Source of the DNA: a virus
Direction: 5' to 3' (one strand)
UHGV virus genome: UHGV-0148455
DNA length: 41,411 bases
Position 1 is the stretch's first letter, and every line of letters begins with the position of its first letter. Below the pieces are notes generated by a model, which was not told the origin of the DNA, did no database searches, and saw only the letters and a list, made by a program, of their open reading frames with translations. Of this stretch, positions 24,818 through 33,610 are shown piece by piece. Position numbers and translations under genes: made by a program.

Positions 24818-26195
24818 CTACTTCATCACCTACCGGCGTATTGTGTATATGTTCTCCACCTGTTAATAATAATTGATTCTGTGCTATATTCTCTTGTTTC
24901 TCTTCGTTAACTTTCTCTATTTCACTCATAGGATCTTCAACGAAAGGTATTTGACTTAATAAAGTTTCTTGACTTACTTTACCATCTAAATTACTAACTA
25001 TTTGAGATATTTCTAACAAGTTTTTAGGTAAACTTCGGCTAAAATGAGGTATTATACTGTTAGCGTCAATCGCTATTTGTGTTAAACCTAAATAATTAGC
25101 AAATAGTTTAATTCGTTTTTTCAAACCTTTAACATAATATCTTTGTTTAATTTTAGTTATCATTTCTAAACCTAACAACTTAAACTCCATTGCAACACCT
25201 GAACTATTCCCAGCAAAATTTTCATCAGTTAAGTTAGGTATATGGCTAAAAGTATATATATCTTGCTTAACAGCGTTTCTTAGGGTTTCTACTTCATTCT
25301 CATTCAATGTTTTACTTAAATATTCCGCCCTTGCTTCAGGGTGTAATTCTAATAGTTTATGTTCTGCTAACGACTCCATAGCCTTTATAGACTCTTCTTC
25401 ATCGTCTCCTAACCTTGCACCATAGAGAACTAATATACTATCAATAAATTGTTCTTTGTCATTGATTCTATTAGCTGTTAATGAGTTATAGCTATCAATC
25501 AACCCTATTTGTTGTTCAAAGTCACCTATTGAATATTTATTATTTTTATATTCGATAATAGGAATATCACCCATATTATGAGGTACAGGCTTGTCAGAAA
25601 TAACACCTTTTTCTTTACCTTCTAAAACAATCGAATAAACAAATTGTTTAGTCATAATAACCGCTTGATATGTTTCAGTGTCAGCCTTATTTTCTTTTCG
25701 TTTGAAATAATAAACACCAAACAATGGTTGTTGTTCAATGCTATCATCATATACTATAAATGTATTCTCTACTTCAAGGCTTTTTATATCTAATATATTT
25801 TCGTTTTCTCTAGCGTAAACATATTCATAAGCAACACCATAAATAGCCATATCTAACGCATTATCGTGGTCAGATTCATCCACCTCAGCATTATCAAAGG
25901 CAATTAATAATTCATCAATATCAGTATCTTCTGAATTGCTATAAGTTATTGTATTTCCCATGAAATAACCTGTTGAAGTATCAGCTATATCTTTAGCATG
26001 ATTACACACAGGCTTATAATTAGGTTTATTCTTAGAACGCTGTTTATTTAAAATATCGTGTTCACCTAAATAATATTTCTTGAGTTTCTTAAATCGTGGT
26101 ATCTGTTTTTCGTGTTCTCTTATTAGTTTAAGTACTAACTCTTTCTTGATGTTCTTTTCATCGAACTCGGCTCTAGGATAAGTTAATAATTGCAT
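24798..26195 (-). CDS. Portal protein, SPP1 gp6-like
   Basis: YYLGEHDIL, GYFMGN, GDFE..I.LID.Y and FAGNSSGVAM motifs. Confidence 0.94.
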   Translation of the reverse strand: MQLLTYPRAEFDEKNIKKELVLKLIREHEKQIPRFKKLKKYYLGEHDILNKQRSKNKPNYKPVCNHAKDIADTSTGYFMGNTITYSNSEDTDIDELLIAFDNAEVDESDHDNALDMAIYGVAYEYVYARENENILDIKSLEVENTFIVYDDSIEQQPLFGVYYFKRKENKADTETYQAVIMTKQFVYSIVLEGKEKGVISDKPVPHNMGDIPIIEYKNNKYSIGDFEQQIGLIDSYNSLTANRINDKEQFIDSILVLYGARLGDDEEESIKAMESLAEHKLLELHPEARAEYLSKTLNENEVETLRNAVKQDIYTFSHIPNLTDENFAGNSSGVAMEFKLLGLEMITKIKQRYYVKGLKKRIKLFANYLGLTQIAIDANSIIPHFSRSLPKNLLEISQIVSNLDGKVSQETLLSQIPFVEDPMSEIEKVNEEKQENIAQNQLLLTGGEHIHNTPVGDEVDEQEEQ

Positions 26196-26207
26196 TTATG
26201 CTCCTTT

Positions 26208-27431
26208 CTAAAGTCCTAAACGGGCTTTATTTAATACTTTAGCCGTTTGTCTGTTCATATAACTATATACAGCATATCTTAGCGAGTCTAACACATCATC
26301 AAATTGCTTAATTGTGTCCCCTGTCTTTTCATCCCATATATAATTGTATATCTCTTCTTTAAATCTTTTAACATTAGAATTAATAAAAAGGCTATCCTTC
26401 TTGAATAACCTTGCTACTTGTTCTATTCCTGCTAATCTTTCTTTATTCGCATTGACTGAATTAAGTCTTTCTCGATAAAACCTATCTACGTGCTCAGGTC
26501 TAGCACTATCACAATAAAAGGTAATATTTCCGTGCCTTGCTTTTATCTCTTTAGCAATTTCAACCCAATCATCTATTTCTTTAAATTGATAAGCGTGTTC
26601 TTCTAACAAATAAAATTTACCGTCAGTACTTTCACCCATTACAACTATTGATCCATAGTGACTATACCCCCAGTCAACTCCAGCAAATTTCTTTTTAAAC
26701 GTTATATTTGAATAATCGTCAAAATAATGTTTATTTCTGTCAAAGTCGCTATAAACAATACCTTCACCAGTTACCCAAAGCCCTTCTATATCTCTATCGT
26801 AAAACATACCAGAAGGGGTTGACTCTTTGATATTCTTAATATATCGTTCTGATAAAAAAGTATTATCATCTAATCTAAAATGATATGATAATATATTTTC
26901 ACTTTCGCTATCAATATATTCTTTTTTAAGCCAGTGTTCGGGGTTGTCGGGGTTGGTGTCAAATACTATCCTTGCTCCGTCTCCTGAACAACGTGAGATA
27001 ATCTCTTTAAATACTGTTTCATTAGCCAATGAAGCCTCATTAATGTACGCCCCAAAGGCTGTCATACCACGAATACCACCAAGCCCAGCAATAGTCCCTG
27101 TAAAAGCCTGTACGACCTTTACACCAAACAAAGTAAATGAATTATGTTTATCAAACTTAATATCTAATTGATATCTATTGTATATTTCCTGTAAGATATT
27201 GTTTTGAATTGTCTTACTCGATACCCCAGCTAAAATATACATAGGCTCTTTAATATTTAACTTATCAGCTATCTTTCTAACACGTCTTAACTCACGTAAG
27301 AATATATCATTATTAATTACTGTCTTACCTGTTCTTTTAGCTCCGTGAAGTCCCAGTATAAAAAAATCACTAGTATTTGTTCGCTTTAAGATTTCAATTT
27401 GTTTAGGTGTGTATAACTTATTAAGATTCAT
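26208..27431 (-). CDS. terL: Terminase large subunit (PBSX family)
   Basis: Walker A GAKRTGKT, Walker B YINEA, DTNP, GVDWG, DD..DSLRYA. Start at MNLNK. Confidence 0.95.
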   Translation of the reverse strand: MNLNKLYTPKQIEILKRTNTSDFFILGLHGAKRTGKTVINNDIFLRELRRVRKIADKLNIKEPMYILAGVSSKTIQNNILQEIYNRYQLDIKFDKHNSFTLFGVKVVQAFTGTIAGLGGIRGMTAFGAYINEASLANETVFKEIISRCSGDGARIVFDTNPDNPEHWLKKEYIDSESENILSYHFRLDDNTFLSERYIKNIKESTPSGMFYDRDIEGLWVTGEGIVYSDFDRNKHYFDDYSNITFKKKFAGVDWGYSHYGSIVVMGESTDGKFYLLEEHAYQFKEIDDWVEIAKEIKARHGNITFYCDSARPEHVDRFYRERLNSVNANKERLAGIEQVARLFKKDSLFINSNVKRFKEEIYNYIWDEKTGDTIKQFDDVLDSLRYAVYSYMNRQTAKVLNKARLGL

Positions 27432-27885
27432 TAATCTCACCATCCACTTTATCAAATAATTCTGCTATCTTATCTTCTTGACTAGTACTTGTTTTTAATT
27501 CAGCTTCGGCGGCTTTAGCTTGTTGATTAATAAGTTTAGTCCTTGCTTGCTGTTCTGCAATATCATACTTATCTTTAGCGTTTGTTACTTTCGCTATCGC
27601 TTCAAAGGCTCTTACATTTCCACTAGCAGCTTGTTGAAACATTTGTACAGCTAATAACATTTCATTTGTTGGATCAAGTCCTAAACTTTCAAGCGTGTCT
27701 TTTGATTTCTCACTAGATACATCAGCGGCAAGTATTATTTCCATTGCTTTCTTTAAGTCAGCCTTTCGTTTCCGTGCTTTACCACTAGCCTTACCGCCTT
27801 TAGATGTGATTTCAGAACGTTCAGCAGGAGTACGAGTATTAATAGGCCTTAAATTCTCTAAACTTTTTTTACGTCCCAAAATCAA
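27421..27885 (-). CDS. Probable terminase small subunit
   Basis: Overlaps the terL start; ENLRP...SKGGKASGKAR motif typical of this position. Confidence 0.7.
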   Translation of the reverse strand: MILGRKKSLENLRPINTRTPAERSEITSKGGKASGKARKRKADLKKAMEIILAADVSSEKSKDTLESLGLDPTNEMLLAVQMFQQAASGNVRAFEAIAKVTNAKDKYDIAEQQARTKLINQQAKAAEAELKTSTSQEDKIAELFDKVDGEINES

Positions 27886-27894
27886 TCACCCCTT

Positions 27895-28350
27895 TTATTT
27901 GTCGTATTTGTACCATCTGAATTCAGAACTGTTAATTGCACGCCCTAAACGTGGGTTATGATATTTACTATATTCGCTTAAAATTTTATGAACTTCTTTT
28001 CTAGATTTCTTGTCTAAATTTTTATGTCCTTTTGAATGAGCCCATTTTGCTATAACAAATTCTTCATTAAGTGCTAATACTGCTCCTAAATTTTGCCTTT
28101 GAAACATTGTTAGAAAGCTTTTAGCCCCACGTGGTGTATTTGCTTTTCTATAATCAGCCTTTTGAAAATTAGCTAACTCTTTCTTTTTATCAAACCCAAT
28201 TTCTTTTGATTTCTTGGTTGGTTTCCTTACAGGCTTAATGTCTTCCCTTTTAATACCACTCTTCTTAACAGCGTCCTTGTTATTAACTGAAATTACTCTT
28301 TTAACTCGTTTATTCTTAGTTCTTCCTGAACTAGCTCCTCTACTACCCAT
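27895..28350 (-). CDS. Basic protein with MGSRGASSG N-terminal leader
   Basis: ATG at 28350 after AAAGGAGTG; Lys/Arg-rich. Confidence 0.8.
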   Translation of the reverse strand: MGSRGASSGRTKNKRVKRVISVNNKDAVKKSGIKREDIKPVRKPTKKSKEIGFDKKKELANFQKADYRKANTPRGAKSFLTMFQRQNLGAVLALNEEFVIAKWAHSKGHKNLDKKSRKEVHKILSEYSKYHNPRLGRAINSSEFRWYKYDK

Positions 28351-28373
28351 CTTTATCACTCCTTTCAAGGCAT

Positions 28374-28404
28374 AAAAAAAAGACACCTATAAAAATAGAT
28401 GTCT
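28374..28404 (-). terminator. Terminator after the tRNA-like RNA
   Basis: AGACATCTAT-TTTT-ATAGGTGTCT-T7. Confidence 0.8.
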
Positions 28405-28406
28405 GA

Positions 28407-28482
28407 TAAACGTAATAGCCAGGATTCCAACCTGAGCCTCCTCCATCAAGGCGTACTCACTCTATACTACTCCTTACGTTTA
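28407..28482 (-). ncRNA. tRNA-like RNA (cloverleaf with collapsed anticodon loop, no CCA)
   Basis: Stem TAAACGTAA/TTACGTTTA; TA; D-arm GTAT-AGAGTGA-GTAC; short arm CCTT-GATG-GAGG; T-arm TCAGG-TTGGAAT-CCTGG. Promoter TGg-TATAAT at 28496-28488. Confidence 0.72.
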
Positions 28483-28498
28483 CCCTTATTATACCATA

Positions 28499-28903
28499 CT
28501 ATCTCCTATCATTCCACTCTTTCCACGCCTTATCTATGAATTTAATAAGTTTTTTTTCTTTTGTATTAAGTTTTGTGCCACCTTTTTTAGATACTTCATA
28601 CTCTGAATGATAATAACCATGATGTACGTGTGGTTTCATCCCTTCATGCAAATGATCTAAATCTATTTGTTTATTTCTTTTATTCTTCTTATCAAAATAA
28701 ACTGCGTTTTTCAATATGTTTTTATTCTTATCTACTAACACATAAACACGCCCTCGTGTCATGGTTTCCATAGGTGCATTTTGTGAACCTTTACCATTCA
28801 TACTTATAAATTTAATATTACTAACTTTAAACAACGTCTTATACTCCGTTCCATACTTCTTACCTTGCTTACTAATTCCAACGCTTGCACCTCTACCGCC
28901 CAT
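28499..28903 (-). CDS. MGGRGAS-leader protein with His-rich putative nuclease/toxin domain (Ntox24-like)
   Basis: YFDKKNKRNKQIDLDHLHEGMKPHVHHG resembles the Y..R.D..H...PH pattern of polymorphic RNase toxins. Family call tentative. Confidence 0.6.
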   Translation of the reverse strand: MGGRGASVGISKQGKKYGTEYKTLFKVSNIKFISMNGKGSQNAPMETMTRGRVYVLVDKNKNILKNAVYFDKKNKRNKQIDLDHLHEGMKPHVHHGYYHSEYEVSKKGGTKLNTKEKKLIKFIDKAWKEWNDRR

Positions 28904-29961
28904 TATGAAGCACCTTCTTTCATACGTTCAGTAACTGCGTTTTCTATATAAATTACTTCGGTATCACCATAATCAAATTCTATCTTGCCACCATATACAA
29001 TTAATCGCATAGGTTGAAGTCTTTTTAACATCTCCTTAACTCCTGCTTGCCATATCTTCATAGCGTTACTATCTCTTTTTACTCCAATAGTTGAGATAGA
29101 TAATGTTGCGAATTTAGGTAAGCCATCAAAACAAAAGTTAAAACTATTTTGATCCGCCCATGTTACCGTTGGAATTACTGTAAGTCCATAATCTTGCATT
29201 ATTTGACCAATTAAACGGCTTCTATATACATTCCACACCATCATAGCAACCGGCATATCTAGATACAAGCTAAAGTCAGGAGTAAGTACACAATCAAATT
29301 GTTTTAGCTTATCAATGTAATATTTTGGGCGTTGCCAAATTCTTTCAAACTGATAATCATCTAAATAAAAGTGTACACCTTTGCTATAATCAGGCTTGTT
29401 TAACACGTAATTAAAGCCTTGTAAGTCATTTACTGTATGATTAACCGCCGTTAACGTTGGCATTTGATAGAAACCACTCACACGGCTTTCATCATAATCA
29501 AATAAGTTGTACTGTTCAATTGTCGTGTCTCTATGATGTTCTTTTTCTTCTTCATCTATAATTTCATTATCAGTATTATCAACGCTTAATTCAATAGGTT
29601 CAAATTCTAAACCAAAATTGCTCATATCTAAATTAATATCTTGCATTTCAAGGTTTAAAATCTCATTATCGAACCCTGTCACAAGGTTAGTTGAGTTTGT
29701 TGCTAATATATACCCTCTCTTCTCTTCATCTGTAAGGTGTGACAATCGAACAAAAGGCACTTCATTAAGTCCTAACAACTTAGCAGCTTGATAGCGACCG
29801 TGACCAGATAAAATCATATTGTTTTCATCAATTTCAATCGGGTCATTAAAGCCAAACTCCTCAATTGAATTAGCAATCTGTCTAATCTGTTTTTTAGTAT
29901 GTATTTTAGCATTATTCTTATATTCAATTAGTTCTGATACTTTAATTTTATCTTTGTTCAA
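28903..29961 (-). CDS. ParB/Srx-like N-terminal domain fused to DUF4417
   Basis: IANSIEEFGFNDPI...GHGRYQAA (ParB-like); VHFYLDDYQFERIW, LTPDFSLY.DMP, WNVYRSR, VIPTVTW (DUF4417-like). Confidence 0.85.
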   Translation of the reverse strand: MNKDKIKVSELIEYKNNAKIHTKKQIRQIANSIEEFGFNDPIEIDENNMILSGHGRYQAAKLLGLNEVPFVRLSHLTDEEKRGYILATNSTNLVTGFDNEILNLEMQDINLDMSNFGLEFEPIELSVDNTDNEIIDEEEKEHHRDTTIEQYNLFDYDESRVSGFYQMPTLTAVNHTVNDLQGFNYVLNKPDYSKGVHFYLDDYQFERIWQRPKYYIDKLKQFDCVLTPDFSLYLDMPVAMMVWNVYRSRLIGQIMQDYGLTVIPTVTWADQNSFNFCFDGLPKFATLSISTIGVKRDSNAMKIWQAGVKEMLKRLQPMRLIVYGGKIEFDYGDTEVIYIENAVTERMKEGAS

Positions 29962-29985
29962 TCATTGTTCACATCCTTTCTTTAC

Positions 29986-30016
29986 AAAATAAAAGAAGCA
30001 CCCGTCAAGGTACTTC
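29986..30016 (-). terminator. Terminator-like hairpin in the late-operon leader
   Basis: GAAGTACCT-TGAC-GGGTGCTTC-TTTTATTTT. Confidence 0.65.
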
Positions 30017-30078
30017 CGTAAGTTAGTGATTATGTTATATTAACAAAAAAGAGAACTGATTCAAATGATCACATTAAT

Positions 30079-30142
30079 ATAATACCATAAATATAAGATA
30101 TATGTATATATATTACTATATATTAGAATATTTTAATATATT
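30079..30142 (-). promoter_or_regulatory. Late promoter with probable activator-binding repeats
   Basis: TGg-TATTAT at 30087-30079, no consensus -35; ~10-11 bp periodic ATAT(A/T)T repeats right after the activator gene. Confidence 0.65.
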
Positions 30143-30595
30143 TTAATATCTCCCTTTATATAAATCAGGAATATATATCTCTGATAATGCTTCAGTGTGA
30201 TACTTTAATCTCGTGTTTTGACTTATATCCATTTTCTTTTCGATATAATCCCAACTATACCATCTAATATATCTCATTATAAGCAGATGTTTATATTTTG
30301 TATTCTCCACATTCATAATTAAATCTAACACTTCTTCTTTCATTTCAGTCAATTCAATAATAGCATTTAACAATTTCTGAATATATCTATCAACCCTATC
30401 TATCATAGCTTCCCAGCTTGATTTATTACCGCCTTTGACTTGTTCTTTCGAATAATCAATAGCTTTTACTCTAGTCTTTCTTGCTTCTTCATCTTTAATT
30501 TGCTCATGCAATTCTTGAATGCTATCCTCTAAATCTCTAACACGTTCTAAATATCTAATCTTTTTATAAGCAATTCGTTCTTTCTTATCTCTCAT
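30143..30595 (-). CDS. Late transcriptional activator (ArpU/RinA-like)
   Basis: Last gene before the packaging module; LLIMRYI..YSW..IE..M..S......H..AL sigma region-4-like HTH. Confidence 0.85.
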   Translation of the reverse strand: MRDKKERIAYKKIRYLERVRDLEDSIQELHEQIKDEEARKTRVKAIDYSKEQVKGGNKSSWEAMIDRVDRYIQKLLNAIIELTEMKEEVLDLIMNVENTKYKHLLIMRYIRWYSWDYIEKKMDISQNTRLKYHTEALSEIYIPDLYKGRY

Positions 30596-30707
30596 TAGAC
30601 AACTCCTTTATAAGTGAAATTAATATATGTAATACTATCGTTAACACTGTCAACAACACAATAATACATATAGTCCAAAATAGCCAACCTGCTATTGTAC
30701 TTAACAT
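30585..30707 (-). CDS. Small membrane protein, 40 aa (not in ORF track)
   Basis: GAGGAGG RBS; MLSTIAGWLFWTICIIVLLTVLTIVLHILISLIKELSNER. Confidence 0.6.
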   Translation of the reverse strand: MLSTIAGWLFWTICIIVLLTVLTIVLHILISLIKELSNER

Positions 30708-30886
30708 TCTTCATCCTCCTCAATTTTAATCAATAAATATGTATTTCTGTCTTTATACCTCTTATTTCCATAAGTGTATAACGTTTCAATTCTTTTGTTG
30801 GTAAACTCCGCCATTTCTTTCATTGTTCCGACAAATATCAATTCATCCCCATAATACAAAGCATAATCCTTCTCAATATTAGCCAT
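30701..30886 (-). CDS. Small phage protein (DUF658-like)
   Basis: YALYYGDELIFVGTMKEMAE motif; start moved to MANIEK. Confidence 0.7.
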   Translation of the reverse strand: MANIEKDYALYYGDELIFVGTMKEMAEFTNKRIETLYTYGNKRYKDRNTYLLIKIEEDEEC

Positions 30887-30902
30887 TTTTTCATCCTCAA
30901 AT

Positions 30903-31562
30903 TTATCTAATTCCCTTCTTGTTGAAAAATACCTCTTTAATCTGTTCTCCAAATTCTTCGACAAATTCCCAAGTTAACTCAACTGATTTGAAATAAGGTA
31001 GCTTAGTGAATTGTTGATAACACATACACCAATTCACATCAAAAATTTCTCCTTCTTTCTCAAAAGCTATATAATATTTTTTTTCATAAACATCACTCCA
31101 ATTCGGTGTCCAACCTTCATTATGTTCTTCCGCCCAATCATTTATCCTTTTAAGCAATAAGAACTCCATTCGTTTTTGTATAACTTCTTCTCTAGTCTTA
31201 TACAACATACCGAATGAATAAGCATTAACTATATCCATTTTATCAGCGTTATATAATATTTCTCTTATAGCACCCGTTGTAATATCATTATAGAATAACA
31301 ACGTTCCATTTTCCGGGTATTTCAATTCATATCGTTCTTTGACATTAACTTGAGTTTCTTCCTTTTGATCCTCTTTTAAACTCATAACCTTTTCATATAA
31401 CGCTTTTAATTTAATATACCTATCTTTATTGGGTTTTGTCTCTCCCTTTCTCCATTGAGTAATATTCCCTGTACTTTTAACACCTAATTCAACCGCTAAT
31501 AACGTGTCATTTAAATTGTAATACTCCTTAACTACTTTCATCATCTCTGCTACTGTTTCCAT
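30903..31562 (-). CDS. XRE HTH protein with C-terminal domain paralogous to 31832-32341
   Basis: LAVELGV..GNITQWRKGETKP; WAEEHNEGWTPNW...KLPYFKS. Confidence 0.8.
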   Translation of the reverse strand: METVAEMMKVVKEYYNLNDTLLAVELGVKSTGNITQWRKGETKPNKDRYIKLKALYEKVMSLKEDQKEETQVNVKERYELKYPENGTLLFYNDITTGAIREILYNADKMDIVNAYSFGMLYKTREEVIQKRMEFLLLKRINDWAEEHNEGWTPNWSDVYEKKYYIAFEKEGEIFDVNWCMCYQQFTKLPYFKSVELTWEFVEEFGEQIKEVFFNKKGIR

Positions 31563-31695
31563 CTAATTTTCCTCCTTTTATTAATTTCATAAAAATAACG
31601 AACAAATACATTAATGTAATTATCAATGTTGTACTTAAGATTATACAAATTATGTATAATAGAACATCCGTTATAAACATTGTTTTCAATTCCAT
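31528..31695 (-). CDS. Small membrane protein, 55 aa (preferred over ORF-track 31550-31762)
   Basis: AAGGAGGT RBS; MELKTMFITDVLLYIICIILSTTLIITLMYLFVIFMKLIKGG... Confidence 0.6.
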   Translation of the reverse strand: MELKTMFITDVLLYIICIILSTTLIITLMYLFVIFMKLIKGGKLDGNSSRDDESS

Positions 31696-31706
31696 ATACT
31701 ACCTCC

Positions 31707-31808
31707 TTAATCAAATGAAGATAAATAATACGCAAGACCTCTAGCAAACAGGTATATCCCACATACTATGGCTGTACCGTCTATTAAATGAATTAATATT
31801 CTAGTCAT
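31707..31808 (-). CDS. Small membrane peptide, 33 aa
   Basis: AGGAG RBS; MTRILIHLIDGTAIVCGIYLFARGLAYYLSSFD. Confidence 0.5.
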   Translation of the reverse strand: MTRILIHLIDGTAIVCGIYLFARGLAYYLSSFD

Positions 31809-31831
31809 ATTATCTCCTAATTCAATTACCA

Positions 31832-32341
31832 TTAGCAAAGCACCTCTTTAATTTCTTCTCCGAACTCTTCAATGAATTGTTCTGCTATTTTTTCTGATTT
31901 GAAATAAGGTAGTTTGTGAAAATCATTAGCGTGCCATGTATCCTTAACATGAAAACTTCCAGAATTATGGAAATAACATATAAAAAACTTGTTATCACTC
32001 TCTTTCCAGTTAGGTGTCCAACCTCCATTATGTTCCTCTGCCCACTTGTGAAGTTTAAACAATAATATACGTTCTTTATCGTATTTTTCTGCTTCTTCTT
32101 TAGTTTTGAACGCTAAACCACGTATATATTTATTCTTCTCATAAGATGTATTATAACCTCCTAAATAGTCAACTTTACCATATTCATTTGTATAATAATA
32201 ATCGTCTATATTCTCTGGCACTTCCACCTCATACGGCTTATAAGGTATAAACGGAGCCTTCCTTTCTAACAGTTCAATTCTTACTTCTGTTAGTTCTTCT
32301 TCTAATCGTTTTACTTTTTGTTCTAATTCTTCATTAGTCAT
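31832..32341 (-). CDS. Hypothetical phage protein
   Basis: Coiled-coil N-terminus; AFKTKEEAE...WAEEHNGGWTPNW...LPYFKS. Confidence 0.8.
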   Translation of the reverse strand: MTNEELEQKVKRLEEELTEVRIELLERKAPFIPYKPYEVEVPENIDDYYYTNEYGKVDYLGGYNTSYEKNKYIRGLAFKTKEEAEKYDKERILLFKLHKWAEEHNGGWTPNWKESDNKFFICYFHNSGSFHVKDTWHANDFHKLPYFKSEKIAEQFIEEFGEEIKEVLC

Positions 32342-32343
32342 TT

Positions 32344-32991
32344 TTAGTCCTCCAACATACTATCAAAATCTGTTTTTGATAAAATATTTATTAATCTTTC
32401 AAAACGTGGACTTCTCCATCCACACATACAATAAGTTCTTGCTTTTTCATGGTAATGGTAGTCATTAGCTCTTAAATGATTTTCAGCATCTATCTGAGTT
32501 AAAAACATACAATTATCAACAGTTACATCTATCTCTTTATAATAAACAACGCTTACTTCTAACTCCAATAATTCTAGTACCTTATCTACGCTATATCCAC
32601 TGTCTAGAAATGGATTATTAAAATCTATCGTATATTTTTCAATTTCTTCTGAAAATTCATTGAGATATTCAAATGTTAATACTCCATCTTTTATATCTAC
32701 GCTCTTTAAATTATCATCATATACATCTTCTAGATAGTTTTTTAGTTCTTCTAAAGTCAATTCCTGATAGTCATCATCAATAAACATGAAATAATCAGCA
32801 TCATCTTTATCTACATCGTATATTCTCTCTGGTTGTCTAATTACCCAGTATCTAGGACTAGCTGTTCCTACATTATCTTCTGTATTTAATTCTTTCTGTA
32901 ATTCCTTTAAGAATTTAATATCATCATTACTTAATTTTTCTTTAACCACTGTATCTTCATGATACTTTAGATTTTTCCAATACTTTGCCAT
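32344..32991 (-). CDS. Hypothetical acidic phage protein
   Basis: Start MAKYWK after GGAGG; GTASPRYWVI...FLT..DAENHL..N.YHY. Confidence 0.75.
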   Translation of the reverse strand: MAKYWKNLKYHEDTVVKEKLSNDDIKFLKELQKELNTEDNVGTASPRYWVIRQPERIYDVDKDDADYFMFIDDDYQELTLEELKNYLEDVYDDNLKSVDIKDGVLTFEYLNEFSEEIEKYTIDFNNPFLDSGYSVDKVLELLELEVSVVYYKEIDVTVDNCMFLTQIDAENHLRANDYHYHEKARTYCMCGWRSPRFERLINILSKTDFDSMLED

Positions 32992-32995
32992 AATT

Positions 32996-33376
32996 CTATC
33001 CCTCCAATAAATCTTCATTTTCATAAATATTTCCGATTACTTCCGTTTTTGATAATGTTTCATTAACTTCATCCTCTGTTTCTTCTGCAAACCAATATTT
33101 ATCATCTTCTTTAACTGCATAAAAACCATAAACATTATGAAATTTTATAGGGAGAATACCTGCAAACTCTGTTTTTAAAATATCTCCATGTTCAATTTCT
33201 TTTCCATTTTTATCTTTAATACCAGTACCGTAAATGAACTCAACCTCATCAAAATCACAGTAATGATATATAGATGCTTCTTCATCGTAAATTTCAACTA
33301 CTTTAGTATCAAACCTAATAGATTCCACTTCAAATACTCTATCTAAACTTTTAACATACACTTTGGGTTGTTTCAT
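32996..33376 (-). CDS. YopX family protein
   Basis: TGIKDKNGKEI.HGDIL...EVIGNIYEN signature. Confidence 0.9.
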   Translation of the reverse strand: MKQPKVYVKSLDRVFEVESIRFDTKVVEIYDEEASIYHYCDFDEVEFIYGTGIKDKNGKEIEHGDILKTEFAGILPIKFHNVYGFYAVKEDDKYWFAEETEDEVNETLSKTEVIGNIYENEDLLEG

Positions 33377-33599
33377 TTTCTTTTTCCTCCCAATAAATCG
33401 CATACCATCTAAAATAGTCTACTTCTTTTAAATCAATTAACTTACCATCAAAATCTAGTATTATATTTCCTTTGATCTCGTCTAAATCTCTATGTAATTT
33501 ATATACATTATCAACAGTGTTTTTACTAGCCTTAACACAAATAGTTTGATTGTCTTTCATTGTGAATATTATTTCAAATTCTCTATCGTCAATTTTCAT
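33351..33599 (-). CDS. Hypothetical protein
   Basis: 82 aa with RBS; resembles 34895-35086. Confidence 0.7.
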   Translation of the reverse strand: MKIDDREFEIIFTMKDNQTICVKASKNTVDNVYKLHRDLDEIKGNIILDFDGKLIDLKEVDYFRWYAIYWEEKENETTQSVC

Positions 33600-33610
33600 C
33601 CTCTCACCTC

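Noticed and set aside
28407..28482. Functional tRNA gene
   Set aside because: No 7-nt anticodon loop, the T-loop is TTGGAAT and there is no CCA; reported as a tRNA-like ncRNA instead.
31550..31762. ORF-track 70-aa ORF
   Set aside because: It overlaps two better RBS-supported small membrane ORFs in other frames (31528-31695, 31707-31808).
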